Origin: an uncultured Gammaproteobacteria bacterium
GTDB taxonomy: Bacteria; Patescibacteriota; Microgenomatia; Levybacterales; UBA12049
Length of the DNA stretch: 12,484 nucleotides
Assembly (NCBI GenBank): GCA_964372855.1
Contig: CAYJRY010000039.1
Coordinates: 1-12,484, forward strand
Direction of reading: 5' to 3'
The notes under the pieces are model-generated. The model was given only the letters and a program-made list of their open reading frames with translations, had not been told where the DNA came from and did no database searches. This document shows, piece after piece, positions 1 through 6,481 of this stretch (its first letter is position 1; each line of letters begins with the position of its first letter). A program made the position numbers and the translations under genes.

Positions 1-180
1 GAATGAATCCCCTGAAGTTAAATGTAGATTTAACAAAAAAGTAGCAAAGATTTCTATTTTTTCTTTAAGTTTTGAATAGGAAATTTCTTCTGAAATTCTA
101 CCATTATCATCATAACTAATTATTGCAGGAAAAGTTTGATACTCTTTGGAGAAATATAAAATATTAGAATACAAATTCAT
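1..180 (-). CDS. Partial ORF, N-terminal part of a probable AMP-binding enzyme (acyl-CoA synthetase-like); continues beyond window start
   Basis: Manual translation from ATG (complement 178-180): MNLYSNILYFSKEYQTFPAIISYDDNGRISEEISYSKLKEKIEIFATFLLNLHLTSGDSF, open to base 1. The pattern 'PAIISYDD..EISYSKLKEKIEIFATFLLNL.L.SGDSF' resembles the N-terminus of AMP-binding enzymes. Starts 8 nt after the greA stop. Confidence 0.5.
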   Translation of the reverse strand, partial: MNLYSNILYFSKEYQTFPAIISYDDNGRISEEISYSKLKEKIEIFATFLLNLHLTSGDSF

Positions 181-188
181 GAAGTGGG

Positions 189-659
189 TTATTTTATGTC
201 CACAATATGGTAGGTAATTTTTCCTGCTGGGGCATCAACTTGCACTTTTTCTCCAACTTGTCTACCAATCAAAACTTGTCCAAGTGGGGATTGATGTGAG
301 ATTTTTTTGTTCGTTGGATCTGCCTCCCACTCTCCGACAAGTGTAAACATTTCTCTTTTACCATCAACTGTAAGAGTTACTTTCGATCCCAACTTCACAG
401 TATGATTAGAAGCTTTACTATCTCGTATTACAACTGCTTGTTTCAGTAACAATTCAAGCTCATCAATTCTTCCATCTATAAATGTAAGCTCATCTCTTGC
501 TGATGCATATTCGGCATTTTCCGCAAGATCTCCCATGTTACGTGCTTGCGTAACTCGTGATAAAACATCAGGTCGTTTTTTGTTGACCAATTCATCAAAT
601 TCCTTTTTTAGCTCCTCAAAACCTTCTTTTGTCAAATAAATTTTTTTATCTTTATCCAT
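189..659 (-). CDS. greA: Transcription elongation factor GreA
   Basis: 156 aa; YLTKEGFEELKKEFDELVNKKRPDV...ARDMGDLAENAEY-like coiled coil (here ARNMGDLAENAEYASARDE) and C-terminal SHQSPLGQVLIGRQVGEKVQVDAPAGKITYHI are classic GreA/GreB signatures. Confidence 0.97.
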   Translation of the reverse strand: MDKDKKIYLTKEGFEELKKEFDELVNKKRPDVLSRVTQARNMGDLAENAEYASARDELTFIDGRIDELELLLKQAVVIRDSKASNHTVKLGSKVTLTVDGKREMFTLVGEWEADPTNKKISHQSPLGQVLIGRQVGEKVQVDAPAGKITYHIVDIK

Positions 660-679
660 TTAGATCTAATAAAATAAAT

Positions 680-699
680 CCTCCTGTTGTTAAAGGAGG
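680..699 (-). promoter_or_regulatory. greA 5'-leader hairpin pairing CCUCCU with AGGAGG
   Basis: Minus strand CCTCCT-TTAACAAC-AGGAGG, downstream of the predicted promoter and 20 nt upstream of the greA ATG. Confidence 0.45.
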
Positions 700-715
700 T
701 GTATCTTTCAGGCCA

Positions 716-744
716 ACTATATAAGAAAACTTTATATTTGTCAA
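716..744 (-). promoter_or_regulatory. Sigma70-like promoter for greA
   Basis: On minus strand: TTGACA (739-744) - 17 nt - TATAGT (716-721); perfect -35 and 5/6 -10. Confidence 0.8.
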
Positions 745-755
745 TGCCCTCTAGT

Positions 756-1784
756 TTACGATTGTATTTTGAATCTTTTTATCAGATTATAAATTCTTCT
801 TTTTGAAACCTCTGTAACTTCAGTTTTTATAACTCCTCTATTTGGCTGGCCATAAAAAATACTAGTTCCCAAAGGCGCGGTCAAAATTAAAGGAATTACC
901 GCAAGGTCTTCTTCTCCGTTAATTAAAACGATAATTCTTTTATCCTCGCTCCACACTTTTCTGCAAACATCAAATAGTTTTGGAGTTATTCGTCCAGGAG
1001 GGTTAATTATTTTAAATTTCAAACTTTTATAACTTGAATCTGAGAAGTCCAAATCTTTAAGCGTAGAGTATATTTTTCGTCTTCCAACTTTAAAATCAAC
1101 TACAGAAATTTTCTGTCCCAATTCTAAATCATTAAATTTTTTAGTAGTTACATCTCCAACTGTAGCGATTAAGCCATTTTTGGGTCTACATTGATCTTTC
1201 GAAAGATCAAAAATTAACTTTCCAAATGGCTTTCTTAATTCTGATCTTAATTCCAAAGGAAGATATAATGTTTTTCTTAAAAATACTTGATCAATAAAGG
1301 TTTTCCCCTCTCTATCAATCTCACCACTTCTAATTCTTTCTGAAGAAATTTCTTTTTCATCTTCTGCAAAACTTGACGGAGTAACAAGAACTTTAAGACT
1401 TTTAAGACCTAAAGCTTTTCTTTTCGAATTGATTAACTCTCCCCCCTTTTTTGTGTCTTTTCCAACAACAATCGCATCTATTGATAAATCTTTATCAAGA
1501 GTTGGTCCAAAAACATCATCTATCTTTACAATTTCTGTTCTATCTAGAACTCTTTCTTTTTTTAGAAAAGATAGTAATTCTCTTCTTCTTTCCGTATAAG
1601 ATTCAATAATATTTGATATTTTATTTTTAATTTTTGATTTATTAACGAATTCATCGCTAGTGACGCCAATAATAATCATCTTCCCTTGCAAAAATGTAAA
1701 TCTTAGGAATTCTTTATGTCCTTTATGCAAATGATCAAACGTCCCCCCACAAACAACAACATTAAATCTTTTCATATTTGCCAT
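756..1784 (-). CDS. Bifunctional fusion: archaeal-type phosphopantetheine adenylyltransferase (COG1019-like) + DUF359/GTP-dependent dephospho-CoA kinase (COG1909-like)
   Basis: 342 aa. N-terminal nucleotidyltransferase motifs GGTFDHLHKGHKEFL and EISSERIRSGEIDREG; C-terminal YLPLELRSELRKPFGKLI, IATVGDVTT, VVDFKVGRRK, NGEEDLAVIPLILTAPLGTSIFYGQPNRGVI match the DUF359 family pattern. Confidence 0.85.
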   Translation of the reverse strand: MANMKRFNVVVCGGTFDHLHKGHKEFLRFTFLQGKMIIIGVTSDEFVNKSKIKNKISNIIESYTERRRELLSFLKKERVLDRTEIVKIDDVFGPTLDKDLSIDAIVVGKDTKKGGELINSKRKALGLKSLKVLVTPSSFAEDEKEISSERIRSGEIDREGKTFIDQVFLRKTLYLPLELRSELRKPFGKLIFDLSKDQCRPKNGLIATVGDVTTKKFNDLELGQKISVVDFKVGRRKIYSTLKDLDFSDSSYKSLKFKIINPPGRITPKLFDVCRKVWSEDKRIIVLINGEEDLAVIPLILTAPLGTSIFYGQPNRGVIKTEVTEVSKRRIYNLIKRFKIQS

Positions 1785-1789
1785 ATTTG

Positions 1790-1821
1790 CAAGGTTCCAC
1801 CTTTGTCAAGGTGGAACCTTG
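1790..1821. repeat. Perfect 14-bp inverted repeat (hairpin) at the 3' end of the transposase gene
   Basis: CAAGGTTCCACCTT-TGTC-AAGGTGGAACCTTG, followed by ACAG. Confidence 0.95.
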
Positions 1822-1828
1822 ACAGAAA

Positions 1829-2503
1829 TTAATCCATCTCTTCGAGGATCAAATCTTCAATAATCGCATTAGAATCTACCAAATAATCCTCTACAAAACT
1901 TTGATATGATAGCATATCTTGTAAATCTTCTTTCTTTGCCTTTTTGAAATAATTTAAAATCTCCGCCGGTTTTACCCAGCTTGCGCGTTTCCTTCCTAAA
2001 TAGTAAGGATAGCTTGAGAATTCCATAAAATTGATGGGCGACCTAACTTTAATTGGGTTGAGGTGGATATAACGTGAGAGATGTAGATGTTGTGCGTCTG
2101 ATTTAATAAAAGCTGCTTTATATGTACTTTGGAAAAGAGTTCCGATCCTTTTGTATTTTTTATTAAAATACATAACATAACTTGTTAGTAATCGACGCAT
2201 AAACTTAGTGATGCCGTCAACTGTTTTCTGTTTTACTTGAAGATGTATATGGTTTGGCATCAAGCTAAATGACAACAAATCTATCTCTTTTGAAAGATTT
2301 TGGGACAAAAGTCTTTGGATTCTAGTATAAAATTTATTTTCCTTTAACAATTCCTCTTCGGGAACGAGGTAATTTTTCAGATAATGAAGAAATACAACGC
2401 AGTCTTGCTCATCAAGAAAAATGTCTCGTTTATCTACACCTCTATTGTATAAGTGATAATAGCCATTAGCAACATAATCCTTAATAATATTTTTACTCGG
2501 CAT
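1829..2503 (-). CDS. REP-associated tyrosine transposase (IS200/IS605-like, Y1_Tnp domain)
   Basis: 224 aa; YHLYNRGVDKRDIF, LMPNHIHLQVK (HUH motif), SYVMYFNKKYKRIGTLFQSTYKAAFI, LSRYIHLNPIK signatures of Y1 transposases. Confidence 0.93.
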   Translation of the reverse strand: MPSKNIIKDYVANGYYHLYNRGVDKRDIFLDEQDCVVFLHYLKNYLVPEEELLKENKFYTRIQRLLSQNLSKEIDLLSFSLMPNHIHLQVKQKTVDGITKFMRRLLTSYVMYFNKKYKRIGTLFQSTYKAAFIKSDAQHLHLSRYIHLNPIKVRSPINFMEFSSYPYYLGRKRASWVKPAEILNYFKKAKKEDLQDMLSYQSFVEDYLVDSNAIIEDLILEEMD

Positions 2504-2518
2504 AGCCTGATTATCTTA

Positions 2519-2550
2519 CAAGGTTACACCTTTGTCAAGGTGTAACCTTG
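2519..2550. repeat. Perfect 14-bp inverted repeat (hairpin) upstream of the transposase gene
   Basis: CAAGGTTACACCTT-TGTC-AAGGTGTAACCTTG, followed by ACAG; differs from the 1790-1821 copy by one compensated base pair. Confidence 0.95.
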
Positions 2551-2618
2551 ACAGGCTTTACGCATCTAATCCAATCAAAAGTTTATGTAGTAGCTTTAGT
2601 CTTTTAAGTTCTTAGGCT

Positions 2619-2951
2619 CTAGCCCTTAAGATACGCGAATAAAGCAAGAGGAACATAAATTAATGGAAAAAGCATATTGCCATCATAAATATACCCTCCT
2701 GCAACAAGTGCAAAACCAGCTACAACTGGTATCTTTGCCCAGTTTTTCTTTAGGAATCCACTAATTGCACCAACTAATAGTAGAAAACCGCCTAAAGCAG
2801 TCATCGATGATGATACTCTGACTGATTGAACTTCTGATTCTGAAAGACCAGCTGAAGTTGATACGCTTCCTCCCATTACCAGTCCAAACAATAAATAAAT
2901 AATTCCAAAAAGAATTGCTAAGGAATAAATTAGGATTTTGATAAAAATCAC
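2619..2951 (-). CDS. Small hydrophobic membrane protein, unknown function (start codon uncertain)
   Basis: 110 aa with roughly 3-4 hydrophobic segments; AGGAGG motif directly adjacent to the annotated GTG start. Confidence 0.75.
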   Translation of the reverse strand: MIFIKILIYSLAILFGIIYLLFGLVMGGSVSTSAGLSESEVQSVRVSSSMTALGGFLLLVGAISGFLKKNWAKIPVVAGFALVAGGYIYDGNMLFPLIYVPLALFAYLKG

Positions 2952-3072
2952 CTCCTCTCTTCCATCAAACCTATGTCCAAGAGAGATAATCGTTTTAAAA
3001 TTACAAGGTTATAGAATACAAAACACGATGAATAGAAAGTTATTTCAGAAGCAATTTTCATTATCTGATTCT

Positions 3073-3099
3073 ATTATGTTCTTTTTTTTTGCAAGTCAA
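3073..3099 (-). promoter_or_regulatory. Possible promoter for the small membrane protein gene
   Basis: Minus strand TTGACT (3094-3099) and CATAAT (3073-3078), with a 9-A tract in the spacer; spacing of 15 nt is short. Confidence 0.35.
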
Positions 3100-3112
3100 G
3101 TGGTATTTTAAA

Positions 3113-4492
3113 TTAATGTGAGGTGGAATACTCTTTTAGGACTTGGGAGAAAGCTTCGGAGAAGGTTTGGCTAGCAGATTCAGGTGGTGTGCCGTTGAGA
3201 ATTGAATCAAGTGCTGAATAAAGACTCGTATTCATTTTGGTATTCAAGCCATTATCAAATGTTCCCTCTACAAAATAAGAAGATACCGCGTTTTTTGCTC
3301 CTTCCAAAAAAGGATTTAAATTGGGATTATTTTTAAAATTTTCGGCAAGATCAATCCTTGCAGGAGGTGAATTTAATTTTAGAATATTTTCCTTCTCTGT
3401 TAAAAACTTAAGAAAAATAAATGCTTCTTTTTGATGTTTGGTTTTTGATGAAATACCCTCAACCCAGTAGCTCGCGACTGTTTTGAATCTATCGGGAAGT
3501 GTAGGCACAGGGTGAATTTCAAATGTTAAATTTGGATTCATAGATTTTATTAAGGTAAAGTCTCTTGCATATCCAAAATACATTGCCAATTGTCCACTCG
3601 CAAATGCTCTAATGGAATTATCAAGAGTTTCATCCCAAACGTTACTTCCAAATTGAGCAAAAGAAACATAAAAATTCATTGCATCTGCCGTGGCCTCAAG
3701 ATTTCCAGAAATATTTCTCAGATCAACTCCATTTTGCGACATAAGCATTGAGACAATATCTGAGGCATAATTAACATTGCTTGATAATCCCATGGCAGCA
3801 CCAGCTGTTTTAATTTTTCCTGTCTCATCTTTTACAGTAAGTGCCCTTGAAAAATTCGCAAAATCTATCCAAGTCTTGGGCTCATCAAGCCCAGATGCAT
3901 CAAAAATGCTTTTATTTATATAAAGACTTAAGGTATCAATTCCCAGGGGCACTCCATAAATAGCACCTCTATCAACTATATCTTTTTTAATAACAGGATA
4001 ATAATTTTGAGTGAAATCTTCTTTAGGAAGTACATTTTCAGGAATTGGCTGAATAATAGATTTTAGCATAGAAAGCCAAGTGTTATGAAATTGAAAAATA
4101 TCTGGTCCTGTTCCGATATCTGCTCGCGCAATTAGGCGTTCTCTGTATTGATTTAAATCCTGTTTCGCGTAATTTATTTTTATATTCGTATACTTTGATT
4201 CAAACTCAGCTATAATTGGGTCCATCAGCTTTAAATCTTTCTCAACCCCCCAATACAATATCTCAACTTCTTCTTGTTTAAGATTGGTAAAAATCTTAGG
4301 AATTAAAAATCCAAATACCAAAAATCCAATAAATATAAGCACCAAACTACCAAGCGCTAATTTTAGTATCAGTGAAATAGGTAATTTAGAACTAGGCGGC
4401 GGTGTTTCATGAAAACTTATCTCTTTTGAAGACATATTTTGTGAGGGTTTTTGCTCGGCAGGATTTGGTTTAAACAATATGTTTTCACCCAT
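3113..4492 (-). CDS. Extracellular solute-binding protein, family 1 (sugar ABC-type), anchored by an N-terminal transmembrane helix
   Basis: 459 aa; 'IILYWG..'-like start (EVEILYWGVEKDLKLMDPIIAEFESKYTNIKINY), GPDIFQFHNTW, YGVPLGIDTLSLYINKSIFDASGLDEPKTWIDF, MYFGYARDF, K.KEAFIFLKFLTE. No lipobox Cys seen; hydrophobic helix about residues 36-68. Confidence 0.88.
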   Translation of the reverse strand: MGENILFKPNPAEQKPSQNMSSKEISFHETPPPSSKLPISLILKLALGSLVLIFIGFLVFGFLIPKIFTNLKQEEVEILYWGVEKDLKLMDPIIAEFESKYTNIKINYAKQDLNQYRERLIARADIGTGPDIFQFHNTWLSMLKSIIQPIPENVLPKEDFTQNYYPVIKKDIVDRGAIYGVPLGIDTLSLYINKSIFDASGLDEPKTWIDFANFSRALTVKDETGKIKTAGAAMGLSSNVNYASDIVSMLMSQNGVDLRNISGNLEATADAMNFYVSFAQFGSNVWDETLDNSIRAFASGQLAMYFGYARDFTLIKSMNPNLTFEIHPVPTLPDRFKTVASYWVEGISSKTKHQKEAFIFLKFLTEKENILKLNSPPARIDLAENFKNNPNLNPFLEGAKNAVSSYFVEGTFDNGLNTKMNTSLYSALDSILNGTPPESASQTFSEAFSQVLKEYSTSH

Positions 4493-4501
4493 ATACTGTA
4501 G

Positions 4502-4507
4502 TATAAT
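4502..4507 (+). promoter_or_regulatory. Consensus -10 box (TATAAT) in the 35-bp divergent intergenic gap
   Basis: TATAAT 20 nt upstream of the ATG at 4528; no convincing -35 at 17 nt. Confidence 0.4.
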
Positions 4508-4527
4508 ACGAATTAAAAACTAGTTCA

Positions 4528-5919
4528 ATGTATTTTAAGATTGCAAAAATAAGCTTTTGGTTTTTGACAGGCGCAGTACTTGGATTCTTTTTATTTATAA
4601 GTTTTAGCTACCTTATATTTAGAAAAATAAATACAAATCAAGTCTATCCTGGAGTTATGGTTGAGGGGATTGACCTTGGTGGAAAAACTGAATCTGAAGT
4701 ACAAGAATTATTTTCTAAGAAAAATGATCTTATTGCCAACGTCAAGTTTTCCTTATCAGATGGTATACAAGGCGCAACTGTCTCCGCAAAGGATCTTGAA
4801 TTCGGTTACAATCAAAACCTTATTGCCAAACAAGCTTTAAGTATTGGAAGAGGAAATAATTTTTTATCTAATGTAAGCCTTGTTACCCAAGCGTATATGG
4901 GGTCGTTAGAACTTGAACCATCATATCGTTTTTCAGAGGAAGAACTTCTTGATTTACTCACTCCTTTTATGCAAAATATAAACAAAGACCCAATTGACGC
5001 TCTTTTTACATTTGAAAACGGAAAAGTAACAGCATTTCGGTTGTCAGAAGATGGTCAAATAGTAGACACAGAGGTAATAAAAAAGAATCTTAGCTCTAAA
5101 TCCTTTATACTTACATCTTCAAATATTCCAAAATTGATAAATATCCCAGTATCTATTAGAACTATTAAGCCAAAGATAACTACAGAGACTATCAACAATC
5201 TGGGTATTAAAGAACTTGTCGGTACTGGAACCTCACTTTTCAGGAATTCTATCCCAAGTAGGGTCTATAATATTTCACTTGCTGCATCACGAATCAATGG
5301 CGTACTAGTTGCACCAAATGAAGAATTCTCTTTTAACAAAGCCCTTGGCGATGTTTCTGCATTTACTGGTTATAAACAGGCATATATAATACAAGGCGGA
5401 AAAACTGTTCTTGGCGATGGAGGAGGGGTGTGTCAGGTTTCAACCACATTTTTTAGAGCCCTTCTTAATGCCGGAGTCCCAATCACAGAAAGAAATGCTC
5501 ATGCCTATAGAGTCTCTTATTACGAGCAAGACAGTCCTCCAGGATTTGACGCAACTATCTATGTGCCAACAGTTGATCTGAAGTTTAAAAATAATACTGG
5601 AAATTATATTCTCATTCAAACTCAAGTTGATGAAACAGCACAAAGTCTCACAATTTTTCTTTACGGAACAAAAGATGGAAGAACTGTTGAATTAAGTAAA
5701 CCAGTAATAACAAATAGGGTGCCTCCACCAGAAGATCTATATCAAGACGATCCGACACTTCTTAAGGGCACCGTAAAACAGGTGGATTTTAAGGCTGAAG
5801 GATCACGTGTAATATTTGAACGAGAGGTATTTAAAAATGGTAAAAAAATTATATCAGATAAGTTTGTCTCCAATTATGCTCCATGGCAAGCTGTATACTT
5901 AAGAGGAACGAAGGAATAA
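4528..5919 (+). CDS. VanW family protein (peptidoglycan-binding-like domain + VanW domain)
   Basis: 463 aa; VYPGVMVEGIDLGGKTESEVQELF, repeated-type domain, then NEEFSFNKALGDVSAFTGYKQAYIIQGGKTVLGDGGGVCQVSTTFFRALLNAGVPITERNAHAYRVSYYE.....GFDATIYVPTVDLKFKNNTGNYILIQ, diagnostic of VanW/YoaR-like proteins. Confidence 0.95.
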   Translation: MYFKIAKISFWFLTGAVLGFFLFISFSYLIFRKINTNQVYPGVMVEGIDLGGKTESEVQELFSKKNDLIANVKFSLSDGIQGATVSAKDLEFGYNQNLIAKQALSIGRGNNFLSNVSLVTQAYMGSLELEPSYRFSEEELLDLLTPFMQNINKDPIDALFTFENGKVTAFRLSEDGQIVDTEVIKKNLSSKSFILTSSNIPKLINIPVSIRTIKPKITTETINNLGIKELVGTGTSLFRNSIPSRVYNISLAASRINGVLVAPNEEFSFNKALGDVSAFTGYKQAYIIQGGKTVLGDGGGVCQVSTTFFRALLNAGVPITERNAHAYRVSYYEQDSPPGFDATIYVPTVDLKFKNNTGNYILIQTQVDETAQSLTIFLYGTKDGRTVELSKPVITNRVPPPEDLYQDDPTLLKGTVKQVDFKAEGSRVIFEREVFKNGKKIISDKFVSNYAPWQAVYLRGTKE

Positions 5920-5937
5920 ACAAATATTCAAATTTTA

Positions 5938-5977
5938 AATAATCCAATTCATTTGTTTAATTGTTTATTGGATTATT
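5938..5977. repeat. Perfect 11-bp inverted repeat in an intergenic region
   Basis: AATAATCCAAT (5938-5948) / ATTGGATTATT (5967-5977), 18-nt loop, between the VanW gene and the nucleotidyltransferase gene. No downstream T-tract. Confidence 0.7.
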
Positions 5978-5995
5978 GGTAGTATTCTAAAGCAA

Positions 5996-6481
5996 ATGAA
6001 TAAAATAATTAGTCCACGACAAGCAATTAAACTATCAACAGACCTTAGAAAAAGTGGAAAAAGTATTGTCTTGGTTGGTGGTTTTTTTGACATATTACAC
6101 GTTGGTCATATCAAATTCTTAGAAAAAGCGAAACAAAAAGGGGATTTCCTTTTTGTACTACTTGAAGATGATGAAAAGTTAAGGGATTTAAAAGGAGTAG
6201 ATCGACCGATCAATCCTCAAAAAGACCGCGCAAATGTATTGTCCTCTATTCGCTATGTAGACTATGTAATCTTACTAAAAAAGATGACAAATAACTCTAA
6301 ATATGATAAGATTATCCTAAGAATAAGCCCAAATATAATAGCAATAACTTGTCCTGACCCTAATATCAAACATAAAATGAGGCAATCTAAGCTTACTGGT
6401 GCAAAAGTCATGTGTGTAACTAAAAGAGTAAGTGATTATTCAACAACAAGATTGGTTAATTTAATAAAAGACAACTTATGA
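5996..6481 (+). CDS. Cytidylyltransferase-like nucleotidyltransferase (RfaE2/GCT family)
   Basis: 161 aa; LVGGFFDILHVGHIKFLEKAKQKGDFLFVLLEDDEKLRDLKG.DRPINPQKDRANVLSSIRYVDYVI with HxGH and late STTRLVNLI (ISSTxxI-like). Confidence 0.88.
   Translation: MNKIISPRQAIKLSTDLRKSGKSIVLVGGFFDILHVGHIKFLEKAKQKGDFLFVLLEDDEKLRDLKGVDRPINPQKDRANVLSSIRYVDYVILLKKMTNNSKYDKIILRISPNIIAITCPDPNIKHKMRQSKLTGAKVMCVTKRVSDYSTTRLVNLIKDNL

Larger units (their letters stand above)
1790..2554 (-). mobile_element. IS200-like/REP-associated (RAYT/TnpA-REP) element or derivative: transposase gene bracketed by two matching hairpins
   Basis: Intact Y1_Tnp ORF with hairpins 1790-1821 and 2519-2550, both followed on the + strand by ACAG. 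Exact element limits cannot be determined from one copy. Confidence 0.75.

Noticed and set aside
680-699. Intrinsic terminator for the upstream PPAT-DUF359 gene
   Set aside because: It lies downstream of a near-consensus greA promoter, the stem is only 6 bp, and the following sequence (ATTTATTTTATT) is not a clean T-tract; a leader role fits better, although attenuation cannot be excluded.
1996-2178. 60-aa ORF on minus strand
   Set aside because: Lies out of frame entirely within the well-supported transposase gene on the same strand; no recognisable motif.
3081-3090. T-tract (9 T) as a + strand terminator
   Set aside because: No preceding GC-rich stem, and no + strand gene ends nearby; on the minus strand it is an A-tract between possible -35 and -10 elements.
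5440-5643. 67-aa minus-strand ORF
   Set aside because: Antisense to the conserved VanW domain; no independent support.
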